A stretch of 54,623 bases of DNA, counting the filler, from Diploschistes diacapsis (Eukaryota), in NCBI GenBank assembly GCA_023645945.1. It is 5 parts of 5 records of this genome, joined end to end, with 100 filler letters (N's around TTAATTAATTAA, not from the genome) between each part and the next. Parts side by side here need not be neighbours in the genome. Positions count along the whole stretch, not along the records: positions 10,955 to 21,805 come from JALAIB010000882.1; positions 21,906 to 32,753 come from JALAIB010000883.1; 3 more parts are not named here. One strand, written 5' to 3'. The translations under genes were made by a program, and so were the position numbers. Below, piece by piece: positions 11,983 to 24,675 of the stretch. Under the pieces are notes generated by a model that saw only the letters and a list, made by a program, of their open reading frames with translations, was not told the origin of the DNA and did no database searches. Every line of letters begins with the position of its first letter. Position 1 is the stretch's first letter.

Positions 11983-12883
11983 TCTGGAAGAATTGGATGA
12001 TGGATATAAAGCCTGGCGGTATGCTGAGTATCACCTTGGGCAATATTGAACTAATCGTTCTGGTAGATACATGGGCCTACCTCCAAAGCTGAATTAAGAA
12101 GCAGAAGATGGAAGTTAATAGTAGAAAGAAAGGCAAGGAGGAGCCGACACAAAATAGATAGTTACTGCACCCTGACGAGATTTGGAGACAACAGTGATGA
12201 TTATAATTTTAAAAACACACCAGAAGCCCGCACCTCGACCTCAAATGGGGGAAATCACTGTGGATGGACTTCGTGAACAGGGAGGGGTTAGGCCATCAAT
12301 AATTGTTGACTGACCCCTGCGCCATCCAGACAACACAGGCAATGAACAGTCATATTAAAGACGTGATTAGTTCAGGTTGCATGTTGTGGAGGCTTAGCCA
12401 CTGTGCAACAGTGAGTGGAGTATCAGAGGAGCCTCAGTCAGTCGGATAGCCTTATCCACACGACCTAATCTGCACAAGCAGAGCTGCCGAAGTCGCGAGC
12501 CCAGTGCCGCAACGTATAGCGCAGATTCGTAGAGCATTCTTCAACAGTAAGAAGGTAATTTGATGTAGCGTTGCAACGTCAAAAGACAATGAGTTCGAGT
12601 TTGACAGATCAGAGGGATCATCCACGAGTCATCCGCGGGCCTTCGAGATCGGGGCTGTGGTTTATGCAGAAGCACAAAAGCTGGTCCTATCAGGCTGACA
12701 GTAAATGAAGGCAGTCAGTCAAAGATATTCTCTCTTCACCGATATAGTGCGGCTTCACGGCATCAAGGTCCCAGGCGGCACAGTATGCATTTGATGATCT
12801 CAAGAGGAGAGAGAGATTGAATGTTGGAGGATGAACTTGAAGTTGAATGTCAGGTGGCTTAGGGTTATGTTATACGGCATTAT

Positions 12884-13046
12884 TTGTGCAAGGGCTTGTG
12901 CAAGGCTTGTGCGTTGCTTGTGCAAAGGCTTGTGCAAAGGCTTGTGCAGTGGCTTGTGCAAGGTCTGTGTCAGATTTGTGCACTGTTTATGCACTGGTTA
13001 TACACTGCTTATGTACTGTTTATGCACTGTTTATGCACTGCACCAC
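12884..13046. repeat. Bipartite minisatellite: ~7 copies of a GGCTTGTGCA(A)-like unit followed by ~6 copies of TGCACTGTTTA
   Basis: Directly visible 11-12 bp imperfect tandem units upstream of hsp88. Confidence 0.85.
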
Positions 13047-13114
13047 TGTAAACTGTAGGCTACTAGCTTAGGCGAGGATAAACAGCCGGAACAACGTTTC
13101 TGTCAAAAGATATT

Positions 13115-13144
13115 TGAAGCTTCGGGGAAGCACTAGAACTTTCC
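13115..13144. promoter_or_regulatory. Heat shock element (nGAAn inverted array) of hsp88
   Basis: GAA(13116), TTC(13121), GGA(13126), gap, GAA(13136), TTC(13141) in 5-bp phase, about 200 bp upstream of an Hsp110 ATG. Confidence 0.65.
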
Positions 13145-13335
13145 ACCCGACAGACGTCAGAAACCCAAGCATCAAATCGGCCTTGGCTTGGCTTATTCAC
13201 GCACACTTCATAGACGGTCATTTTTTGATCTCAATCCTTGGAAAAGGCTCAATTCATATCGGCTGCACAGCTCGGCTGGTCAAGACATTATTCTCATTTC
13301 CCTAGACAAACTTACCCAGCTCTGCCGCCGCCATC

Positions 13336-15942
13336 ATGAGTGTCGTGGGTGTAGATCTCGGTACGCAAAATACCGTCATCGCTGTCGCGCGGAACAGAGG
13401 TGTCGACGTGGTATGTAGTTTCTACAGCTTGTGGCTGGTATAATGCTAACGAACTCAGATCACAAATGAAGTCTCTAATCGAGCTACACCGTAAGTCACC
13501 GAGGCGGCATCCAATCCCAAAGTAGCTAACTTTCCTTAGGTCCCTCGTTGGCTTTGGCCCAAAAAGCAGGTATCTTGGTGAGCCGGCCAAGACCCAGGAG
13601 ATATCGAACCTCAAAAACACAGTCGGCTCTCTCAAGCGTTTGGCCGGACGCTCCCTCAACGATCCTGATATCCAAACTGAGAAAGACTTCTGCACCGCGA
13701 ACCTTGTTGATATTGGCGGCCAGGTCGGAGCCGAAGTTTCGTACTTGGGGAAGAAGGAGACCTTTTCGGCTACGCAGCTGGTGTCGATGTTCTTGAACAA
13801 GATCAAAGCCACAGCTTCTGCCGAAATCAAACTCCCAGTCTCAGACATTGTCATCAGCTGCCCGCCATGGTTCACTGATGCACAAAGAAGAAGCTTGCTC
13901 GATGCTGCAGATATCGCCGGCCTCAAGCTTCTCAGGCTCATCAACGAAAACACTGCCGTTGCTCTAGGCTACGGTATCACCAAGCTCGAGCTGCCTACAG
14001 CAGAAGAGAAGCCGAAACGCGTCTGCTTTGTCGACATCGGGCACAGCACATACTCATGCTCCATTGTCGAATTTAGGAAGGGCGAGCTCTCTGTCAAAGC
14101 TACTACCTGGGATCGTCATTTCGGTGGGCGTAATATCGATAAGGCACTCGTTGACCACTTCGCCAAGGAATTTAAGGAGAAATTCAAGATTGACATCTAC
14201 ACCAACCCCAAGGCTGTCGTACGAGTTTCCACTGCCTGCGAGAAGCTCAAAAAGGTCTTGTCTGCCAACGCTCAGGCACCCATCAGCATCGAGTCACTTA
14301 TGAATGATGTTGATGTCTCTGGCACCCTCAAGCGAGATGAGCTCGAGGCTCTTCTACAGCCCCTGCTCGACCGTGCCACCGTACCTCTTGAGCAAGCTCT
14401 TGCCGACGCCAAGCTCAAGATCGAGGACATTGACGCAATCGAGATGGTCGGTGGCTGCACTCGTGTTCCGTCTCTCAAGGAGCGTATCTCGAAATTCTTC
14501 AACAAAACTCTTTCATACACCCTCAATCAAGATGAGGCGGTCGCTCGGGGCTGTGCCTTCAGCTGTGCCATCCTCTCGCCCGCTTTCCGTGTCCGCGACT
14601 TCTCAATCCACGATATCGTAAGCTACCCGATCGAATTCAAGTGGGAGAAGTCACCAGACATTCCAGAAGAAGATACTAGTCTTACCGTCTTCAACAAGGG
14701 TAACACAATGCCTTCGACTAAGATTCTAACCTTCTACCGCAAACACCCCTTTGATCTCGAGGCACAGTACGCCAAGCCCGATGTGCTACCCGGCAGGCTG
14801 AACCCTTGGATCGGTAGGTTCTCCGTCAAAGGCGTCAAGGCAGACAGCAAAGACGACTTCATGATCTGCAAGCTCAAAGCCCGCCTCAACGTCCACGGTG
14901 TGCTGAACCTCGAGAGCGGGTACTACATTGAAGACGTCGAAGTTGAGGAGGCGATACCCGAAGAAAAGGACACCGAGAAGAAAGAAGGCGACAAGAAAGA
15001 TCCCGACGTAAGCCAAGTGCGTATTTCTTTGAACCCCACTACCGAAACAGTTCTAGACGAAGATCGTGATAACGGCGTTGGTTCCATCCGCGCCGGCATC
15101 AAGCAGGCTCTATCTGGCATCAAGCAAACCATGTCCGGCAAGCGGCCGCTAACACAAAAGCCACAGGCAATGGACACAACCGCCGATGCGAGCGGCGAGC
15201 CCTCAAAACCAAAGACTCGGAAGGTCAAGAAGCAGGTTCGCAAGGGCGATCTTCCGATCTCTGCGGGCACGGCTTCGCTCGATCAGACGACGAAGGAGGC
15301 GGCGAGCGAGAGAGAAAACATGATGTTCATGGAAGACAAGTTGGTGATGGATACGGAGGACAAGAAAAACGAGCTGGAGAGCTACATTTACGAGTTGCGG
15401 GGCAAGATTGACGAGCAGTATGCCGAGTTCGCAAGCGAAGAGGAGAAGAGCAAGTTAAGGGAGAAATTGGAGCAGTCAGAAGTGAGTCACGACACCCTCA
15501 AGTCGCCGCTGCTGCTTGCCGGGAAAGTACCATTTCACTAACGTTTCAATTTGTGCAGGACTGGCTCTATGAAGAAGGTGAAGACGCGACAAAGGCCGTC
15601 TACGTCTCCAAGATGGAGGAGATCCGCTTCGTGGCAGGCCCCATCGTGCAGCGATACATGGATAAGATCGAAGAAGAACGGCAGGCGCGCCTCAAGGTGG
15701 AGGAGGAGAAGGCCACCCAGAAAAAGGCCGAAGCTGAGGCCAAGCAGAAGGAGGCCGAAGAGAAGAAGAGGGCAGAGGAGGCAGCGAAGGGTGGAGACGG
15801 GGAGAAGAAAGACGGCACCGCGGCCCCCGATGCTACTGCTACGCCGGAAGTCGAAATGAGTGACGCGCCAGAAAACGCAGCGGGCCAAGGGAAGATGGAG
15901 GGGGTCGAGGCTAACGGGCCAGAAGTCAGCGAGGCGGATTGA
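13336..15942 (+). CDS. hsp88: Hsp110-family chaperone Hsp88/Sse1
   Basis: MSVVGVDLGTQNTVIAVARNRGVDV|ITNEVSNRATP|SLVGFGPK..., FVDIGHS, GGCTRVP, KNELESYIY, DWLYEEGED. Introns at ~13411-13458, ~13491-13539, 15008-15166 and ~15482-15558. Confidence 0.96.
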
Positions 15943-16816
15943 GGTTGAAAAATGGGATCGGGTGCTGGAATGCTGGAGGGGGGGAGGGTTCGTTCCATCA
16001 TAGAGGAAAGGGAAGCAAATGCGAATAGTGAATAGATAGATACTCACAACGGAAAGGGAGCGCGTTTGGTGTTGTTCTTTACAAGCAAGATTGGCATGGC
16101 GCGAATGATGACGGGAATGAGCTTTTACCAAATAAAAAAAAAACATTCTAGAAATAACGAAAGACAGACGGGAAACTATCTTGGCTGGCTGGCTATTGTA
16201 GCTGGTAGATAGGCTGCAATAATAAGGAAGTTGATGCTCCAGAATAAGCTTTGGTCGACATCAACCAGATACCCATGCCAATCTAGATAATCGCTGGGCG
16301 CCATTCATTCATTCTGCGGTTCAGCACCACCACCCATCTCATAACATGAACAGGGGGGGGGGGGTTTTCGGGTTTATCCAAAATTTAAGTTAGGACCGCC
16401 CCGACCGCAAATCAAAGGCCCCAACATCGGGTTCAAAAAGAAATTCAAAAAACTGGGTCTTTGGGAAGCCCTTATTGGAATACGAAACCCGGGGGGGGGG
16501 GTCCGTCGTATCAAGCAGGGGCGTTTGAGAAAGTTTTTATTTTTTATTGTCCAAATGTCAAGTGTAGAGGTTTTTTTTGAGCTTCACTTATCTGCGGTAA
16601 AACGGGAGCAGGACGGCTTATAAGCCGTAGGCCATAAGCCGGGCGTGTTCTGGAGACTTCACACACTCATGCAAGCCCCCCCCCCCGGTTAATGCTAGTT
16701 GATAATGCCTGGAGCTTTGGCAGCTGGCGCAAAAGAGAAGTTGGTCGGGATCATGAATTCGATACGCGCCGTGCTCTCCCGTACCAACCAACTCCGGCCA
16801 TGACCAGAGCGAATAC

Positions 16817-16849
16817 TGGAACTTGGAACTTGGAACTTGGAACTTGGAA
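16817..16849. repeat. Heptamer tandem repeat (GGAACTT)x4
   Basis: TGGAACTTGGAACTTGGAACTTGGAACTTGGAA visible directly. Confidence 0.8.
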
Positions 16850-17706
16850 AGAATCGAAAACATCAGCCTCGAATTCGGATTAGCTATTAACATTAGACTG
16901 CCCCCCCCCCCCTTCCAGGCGTTCCTTCCGAGTCCCGAGTCCTCAGCTGCCGCTTTTTCAAGTTCATCCGACTCCGCCTTCAGGCCACCGGCGCTGCCTC
17001 CCACGTCCCTTCCCGGCGGAGGCCAGAGCGCTGGGTTCATCTTTTCAACCCCTGCCCAATCCATTTCGTGCCTCTGCAGAATCCCACCCGTCCGTTCAAA
17101 ATCAATGTGCACCGGTGCTCTGGCACGTAGCCCCCCCGCTCCAACGGCAATGCCGCTCTCGTGCTCGGTTGCCGAGCATACAACCCTTTCCTTAATCCAA
17201 ACCTATTTACAAGCGAGTGACGCTCCTCCCGTGGCCCCAGGGATACCCTAAGTCTAAGTTCAAGAAAAGCAGGAGAGATTCTAACGGTTGTTTTCCAAAG
17301 GCCCAGTGTTTCCGCCACTTTCCCAGTAACAAGCGGGAAAGAGGGGAAGGAGGCGTGACTGTGAAGCGAAGCGAATCTTATGCGACCTCCACCCGTTCGA
17401 TGACTCCGAAATAACGAACGTAAAGCATTTTTTTTAATATGCACGGTAGTAGCGACAGAAGATGGCAGCCCAAAAATGCGTTTTCGCCCCAACGCCAAAG
17501 CTCATGCGTAATATATGCTGCAAGTAACCCGATCAAGTACGGTATGCAGCAAGGTAAAGCCGCGCATAGAAAGGTAATGTGATTGCTGTCGGCCGTGGGA
17601 TAACGTCGTCCGGTTGTCTATGTATGTTCTTCGTATCGGTGTCCTGTTTCGTAGATGAGAAAGGGAATGGCAGAGAAGCTGGCAGCGGTATTAGACATTA
17701 ATTCCA

Positions 17707-19789
17707 TCACGCAAGGCGAACAGCTTCCTCCACTCGCTCGACTAGCTTGAGCAACTTGGGCTTGGCCGAGACCTGGTAGACCAGCCTATCGGTCCACAGA
17801 TGGCAGAACTCAGCAACGACGGCGGGTATGGTACCGTACAGGGTACCATTGACGGGAAGAGCGATGTAGTCGAACCAGTTTTTGCCTATGCTGCGGTAGG
17901 TGAAGCTACCTTGCATTTGCTCGTAAAGGCCGGCCTGCTTCATCTCGTCCTCCCTGGCACGGACGCAGGCAAGATGGTAGGATTCGTAGAGGTACATGAA
18001 AACGTTGGTGGCCAAGAAGCCGACAACACGGAGGGTACCGCAGAAGCTGAAAGACCAGAGAAGAAGCGGATGCGTGCCACCGGCTTTTGTGGCACCGACA
18101 ATGGCACCATACAAAACCTCGGCCAGGAGAGCGACGGTCAAGTGGGCGGGCAGGAAATGGGCCTCATACAGACGATGGTAAAGGAGACACAGGCTCACGA
18201 CGGAGAAGCGTGAGCGGCTGGGATCTATGGACGATTCGTACATGTTTGGTGGAGTGAAATGGGTGAGGTTGGAGTCGTTGACCCATTGGGGAACACGCTC
18301 TTCGAGGCTGCAAAATGTTAGCCCGGGCGAGACGCGATAGGGGCCGCATTTGCAACATACGCAGGGGAAGACAGCCATTGGGTGAGTTTCTCGTCGTTTT
18401 TAGAGAGCAAAGCCTCGATGCCCTTCCGCACGGCGTAGCCGGAATCCAGCGAACCCCACATGTGCCTCAGAGCTTGCTTATATCGGGAGTAGACGTTGGC
18501 GAAGATTCCGCGAATACCCTTGACATCGCTGAATACGTTGCTCTGACTGGCCGGGCTGTAGATTATCTTTGTTTGGAATCGGCCTTTTGTCTTGAAATAG
18601 CACTTCATGAACATGTGCATATCTTCTCCAATCGACTCTGGGCCCGTGTCCCATCCACCAACGTCACCAGCAAGGGTCATTGTAATTGAGTAAACAGAGG
18701 TAGGAATCTTGATCGTGGAACCCTTGTACAGGCCAGAGAGGCCAGCACCGCACCAAAAGATGTCGGCAGCCCGAACCAGAGGATTCACTTCGTGCGCGTT
18801 ACGGTCGAAGATTACGGGCACGGCGTACAAGGTGTTGGCGGCGTTGGGGTCCTCGCGGTGGTTCTTCGTGAGCAGAAGGAAGTAGTTGGAAGAAAGATGG
18901 GTATCAGCTATACTTGGTCAGCACAATCTCCCGGACCCCAAAGGCCAGACCCACAATCCATGACGGTGATTATGCAGTTCCTCCGGCTCTGGGTATCAAC
19001 GTAATTGTGGCTCAGTTGACGAGCTGCCCAGCTGACGTTGCTACTCTTTCCTGCAACTTCGCCTGAGATATCACCGGGATGTAGAATATAAGAGATGCTG
19101 TGGAAGGACTTTTCGAAGATTTTGATCAAGGCCTCGGCGGTGGATTTGGCTTCGGGATCTCGCTGCTCCATGGCGAGGTAGAGCTAAGAAGGGGGGCATC
19201 AGTTACGAGGTCCACGAGGATAGAAGATTGCACTCACGTCGTAACTGGACTTTGCAAGAATATGGCTTGCAAGGACGGAGACCGTCTCTTTCAGATTGTC
19301 CACATCTTCCTTGTAGCTGGGCAGGATGATGGCGTGCATGACGCTCTCCGCAACTTCTTCGAAGCCGCCGATCTTTGGAGTGCTGGAGCGGCTGAGCGGA
19401 GCATCGGGAGTTGTCGAAGCATTGCTTGCGGCCAGAGAAATCAAGCTTGACTTGTCGTCGATGGCGCTCGATGCCTCGCTTTCTGTGTATGGCCTGGTAA
19501 TTTCTGCCGCGTCGTATTTCGCCAGTCGGACTTCCTCTGTCATGTGCCAAATGGACCAGATCAAGCGAGAAGGGAAAACGATACAAGCGCAGATGTGCGC
19601 GGCAACGCTGTAGACGATGTAGATTATTTGCCACGGATCCAGGTGCCGCCAATCGTACGAGTTTTGTGTCCAGCTATGAGCGCCGAGGAAGGGCAGAGGG
19701 TAGCGCGAAAGGGCTTGATAAGCGCAAAACATCCATAACAGCAACGAAAATGCTGGTATGCAGCGGCAAAGGTAGTTGAAGAGACTCAT
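17707..19789 (-). CDS. Membrane glycosyltransferase family 2 protein (multi-exon)
   Basis: N-terminal TMs; HAIILPSYKE; GEVAGKSSNV; spliced DxD (TVMD|SDTH); IGEDMH; RYKQALRHMWG (QxxRW variant); C-terminal TMs. The start codon could lie slightly upstream. Confidence 0.85.
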
Positions 19790-21569
19790 GCCTCGTCGCA
19801 AGGGTCGCGAATCGAAAGGAGATATTTGTGTCAAGAATGCTGAGCGGTCCAAGAAATTGGCTTCTTCGTGGGTAGTGGCGATGGAGAAGGGAGGTCCAGC
19901 TTGGCTCAGTGGAGGCCGAGGTTGATGGAGGCAGGAAGAGGAGGAGAGCGAAGGAAAGGTTGATGAAGAAGTTGGTGACAGCGGTGGAAAAGGTGGAGGT
20001 GAGGGCTGGTGACAGTAATGGGAGAGATTAAGAGAGAAAAATCCAGAGGCAGGCCGGACTTGAGAGCTAGTGAATGGTAATGGTAATGGTAAGCTTTTGA
20101 AATTCTATGCACTATGTTGGGATGGTGTGGCTGTTGTCAGGGCAGTCCAGTAATTGCCCTGGTAGATGGATGGGTACTGGGTGTCGCATCCAAACGGTTT
20201 ATTGGACAATGGAGACTGTCAGATTGTGTTGGATGGGGCTGATATTGAGGTGAATAAGTCTCCCGTAGTTGAAAGAGCAGGCCAAGGCGGGCACAGTAGT
20301 AGAGTAGAATAGTAGAGTACTACATATGTACGTGTAAGGAGGAAGAAAATAGGATCTTGTCGAAGAAAGAGAAAGAGACTTAAATCTCCTTCGGCTGCTT
20401 GAAGCAATGTACCATGTACCATAACCATGAACCATGAAGCACACAGGGTTCACGGTGCGCACGATGCCACCCATAGCCCCCATAGCAGCGTTTTTCTATG
20501 TAGCATCCCTCACTGTCGTCAACACTCCATAATAAGCGTTTTTCCGGCCTGATGTACAACTAGTATCATCATGTCAATCATGTCAGGCATGTCAGGATCA
20601 CCACGCAGTTTACTTTAATTCCGCCAAGCCCTTTTCTCAACCTTTTAAGATTGCAAATTTAAGAATCTGATAGTTAGTGGTGGCTAATGCGTCGAGCTCT
20701 GCACATTATACGCGACCTCACTCTCGCTTGAGCTCTTGCACATGTGCACGCACAGCCTCAAACCTTGCGGCAACGTGTCGCAGCCACGCAGCTTGTTCTT
20801 ATTCGATATTCTGTCGCCAAGCTAAGGGCTGTGCAATCAAAGAGGTTTTTCCCCCATCCAACTTTAGGATTCCCACCAAGCTCGCAGGTGCGCCGGCCCG
20901 CTATCGGCTACGGAATACTCGATAACCCGAATAACCCGAATAACCCGAATGCCCATCTGCACCAAAAGCTCTAAGTGAAGCAAGCTAAACAGTCAGTTCC
21001 CCGCATATCGCGCAAAACAAGAGTATATTGTTCAAGGAATCGCATCGAAGCGGTGTCGACGGGGGTGTGGCGCTAGTTGCACTAATAAACTGTCATAGAT
21101 AAGATACAACTCATGTGACATGCCAGAGATGCAGCACTGCTTATCAGCATGTCGGCCAAGAAACAGGCAGATGTCCTGGTGGTCTGCCCCGGGTTACCTA
21201 CATATCTATGAGACACTGATGGCTGGTATTAGAGCTGATTCGGCATCAGATGCAAGAGAGTACAAGAGAGTATAATCTCTCTTCTGGGAAAGCCTTGCTC
21301 CAAACAAGTGACCGATACCTTTCTTGCAACGTCATAGAGGTTGAATCTGTAGAACCGCGCCACAAGGCGTCCTGCAGTGCAATTTGACTAGGAAGGAGAC
21401 ATGACAGAGTGGGGAGAATGAAACCACCAAGAGTCCCTTTAGAATCTGACAGCACATCACGTGTGATATGTATGTTTTCCCGGAGGTACATGCAGCCCTA
21501 CAGTGTCATCGAACATTGATCAACTGCTGGAGCAAATATCAAAAAGCATCTCTGCGCAAACACGTAGTC

Positions 21570-21805
21570 ATGGAAGAAGCCAATCGAGAATCACCAACGG
21601 AACGTCCCCAAAAAGCCCCCTTTCCCTGGCACCTCGGCGTGTACGACGCCCACTGCCACCCGACCGACTCCATGAAGCGCATCGCCTCCATCTCCACCAT
21701 GAAAGCCCGCACGCTCACCATAATGGCCACCCGCTCCCAAGACCAGCACCTCGTCTCCGAAGTCGCCACAAACTACCCCCTCTCCGCCAACACCCACCCC
21801 GCCTC
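21570..21805 (+). CDS. scn1: TatD-family Cut9-interacting protein Scn1-like, 3' truncated
   Basis: [17 protein letters not shown]...[14 protein letters not shown] carries the TatD DxHxH metal motif in a Scn1-type context. Confidence 0.8.
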
Positions 21806-21905
21806 NNNNNNNNNNNNNNNNNNNNNNNNNNNNNNNNNNNNNNNNNNNNTTAATTAATTAANNNNNNNNNNNNNNNNNNNNNNNNNNNNNNNNNNNNNNN
21901 NNNNN
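21806..21905. other. Artificial contig linker
   Basis: N44-TTAATTAATTAA-N44. Confidence 0.98.
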
Positions 21906-23412
21906 GTTTGGGGTGGGAGGGGAACTTTTTAGTGCTTGTTGATTTGGATTTCGGTTTTGGAGGGGCTTTGCTTGGATTCTTGGATTTGCCCGCCTTGAGG
22001 GCCGTTGGTGCCTTAGTGTCTTCTGGGCCGTCGGACGAGACTTTTAGTTTGATGGTAATCTTCTTTTTGAGTTCGGCGTGTTTGGGTGCTGGGCTTGCAG
22101 CGGGCGTGAGTATCTGAGCGGCCGGTTTCTTCGGTGATGGAACCATCACTTGCAGATCGCCTTTCTCCTTGGCGCTCTCGATATCGCTCGTAGAACACTC
22201 TTTGTGCTGCGGATAGTGGCTGAGTCGGAACTGGTTTGCAACTTCATCGCAGGGGCCCTTGACGACCAGATCCCAGCAGTCTTCAAACTCCTTGCCTGGT
22301 GGAGGCCCGTCGCGGTTGATCCAGATAGCTAGTCCGTCTCGCCGGCTCCTGACCACTCCACACATCTCTCGCACTATTCTTCTCACTCCTGGTATCTTCA
22401 TGCTCGTGCCCACGACTATGACGGCGTCCGGCCGAGCGCGTAGATCCGCAGAGACAACTGATCCAATAGCGTCTTGATCAGGATTGTGCTCGTTGTACAG
22501 GACCATCCTCGGTCTTAGTCGTCCGATCCCGTGGCTTCGTTTACCGGCATGATCAGTCCGTACTCTGTCAGCTTCCACACAAGTTTCGCATGGCGGTGGT
22601 TCAGGTCCGTTGAAGAGCGCAGCGTCAAAATTGGCCACTATATTACACTTTGCGCAGCTCATCTTCGCTAGTCCACCATGAAGTTGGATGGTAGGAGGCC
22701 ATGGGCCCTTCATGTTCAGCGGAATCTCAGTCCCCAGGCCAGGTAGATCGATATCGAGGCCGTCGACATTCTGTGTGTAAAGTCGTAAGAGTTGGCCCCG
22801 AATTCCAAGGTCCGAGAGCAAATCATGAAACGCGGTCGGCTTGGCCTCGGTGACCAGCTTGGACATGGATCTAACCATGTCATGGAAAGACGATGTCGAA
22901 GAATCTGTCTGATACACCGATGCGTCAAACAATTGTTTACCCGAGGCCTTCAGCTTGTGTTCACTTTTTAGGGATTTGAAAAGCCCCGTCGAGGAGCGAA
23001 AGTCCGGAACTGGGCCAGTGTTAGCTTGAATCGCACTTATAACAGCGCAGAAACACTTACTCCCAGCAGAAACGGAGATACCGGCCCCTGCAACCACAAC
23101 AATCTTCCTCCTCTTCCGTAATACCTTCAGCAATATATCTAACTCCTTTTGCTGTTCGCATGGTGATTTATTCCTGCTGCTCAGATCTAAATATTCCGTT
23201 GTGCGTGGCTTTGGCTCTGCACGCTTGCGCTTCTTGGGTGCTGGCTGCTCTTCGCTCTCGAGCTTGTGTTTACGCGGTATCTGCGCCGACACTCCATTTA
23301 AGAGATCCTGTTCCTGTGAAGAAATTGGAGATGGATAGTCGGGGACGGGAGACAGCGATCCGATAGAGCTGAGTTCAGAGGAAAGGTCTGAAAGACTGCT
23401 GTCGCTGGCCAT
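21906..23412 (-). CDS. HST4: Sir2-family NAD-dependent deacetylase, Hst4-like, 3' truncated
   Basis: GAGISVSAG|IPDFRS, YTQNVDG, QLHGGL, Zn-binding CAKC/CETC, GRLRPRMVLYNE and VVGTS motifs. 51-nt intron at ~23010-23060. Confidence 0.88.
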
Positions 23413-24675
23413 GGCTTTGCGACCGCGCAATGGACCCCAATAGACTACCTACGATAGGAGATGCCGAATGTCGATTGTTCGTCCTAGTCTTTCGCAAGGC
23501 TTCTGAGAGAAAGTGGCCTACATTGGGTATTGGGAAATGGAGTTGAGAATGTTTCAGCTGAAGCAGTTGGATTATGAAGGAGCGAAAAGCTTGAAGTTGC
23601 AAACGGTGGTGATTTGATGTGGGAGGAGGGCGGGAGACGAGTAGTCGGAAGCGGGAGCGGTGCGGCTTTTGACATGGAAGTACAAATATCACTTAGCTGG
23701 ACCACTATCGTACCTGGAACTACGCTGATGCAAACAAATAACAGCAAACACAATACAGTATTTATTTACGTAACTGGGCTACAAGCATCAGCGGGCGATT
23801 CGCAACTCAAGTTCTTGTTGGTGTATCAGTCCGTCTCTTGGGATGGCGTTTGTTTACTGTAAACAATGTACCAGTCTATATGGTCTTTTTGTTCATTCCG
23901 CATGCCTCATCGAGCGTCGATTTTCTATTCTGACTATTTTTCCTTACTATTCACTTGTTATTTCAAGATTTTTTCTTTTGCCACTGTTGTATCAATACCC
24001 AAATCCCACGCAGCGCATTGAACAACAGGGACATGAGCTCGAGCTCGACAGTTCTCCCCAATTGGGTATTTTCAACTTTTCGAGAGGTTGAAGATCAAGC
24101 CACATAAAGCCACCCAAAGCCACATCACATAAGCAGCCAGCTAGTCCGATTGACGACTAGCGGAGAAACCTTTCACTAGCCACACATGGCAACTCGCCTG
24201 TGGCGCAAAGCAAACCTCAACCCTACTCTATCCGACTCTTCACCTTTGTTGGCTTCTTGAAACTCTCTCTCTATGGACTCGTCATGGTGGAATAATTAAT
24301 CTACTATCGGTATGGGTCTGCCTAAGTGTCTGTTTAGCCGACTTCTCTCGTGACACAAACACCATTGCGAGCCGAGGGCATCTGCACCCTATGTCCAAGC
24401 AAAACAGATCAAGCCTGATTACTCAAAAAGCCTACCTTTGAAGATGTGCCGTTGAAGCTACCACTCTCTAGCAAATGATCAGCTGTTCGATCTTTGACTT
24501 GTCCCATAATCCCGTGATCTTGTTCTTGAAATAACACGTCTGCCGAGGTCGGAGTTATACTTCCCCTGCGCCTCCTTTCTAAGACTCCTGTAATAATCGT
24601 TGGCTTTGGAGAAACCATGCGTTCCATAGGCAGGCAGTTGCCGTAGAACTTTAAGGGCTCGTCCCATGCTTCACC

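Noticed and set aside
12800..13071. Cys-rich metallothionein-like ORFs (12831-13058, 12847-13071) or a CRISPR-like array
   Set aside because: The Cys periodicity is a by-product of the TGTGCA minisatellite. There are no unique spacers or cas genes, and the context is eukaryotic.
13312..16146. Long antisense or overlapping ORFs over hsp88 (likewise over HMG1, RPT2 and VRL1)
   Set aside because: Expected shadows of GC3-biased coding sequence; no recognisable domains.
23010..23060. In-frame intron of HST4 as an alternative isoform
   Set aside because: It is of ordinary short length, and retention would split the conserved GAGIS..GIPDFRS NAD-binding motif.
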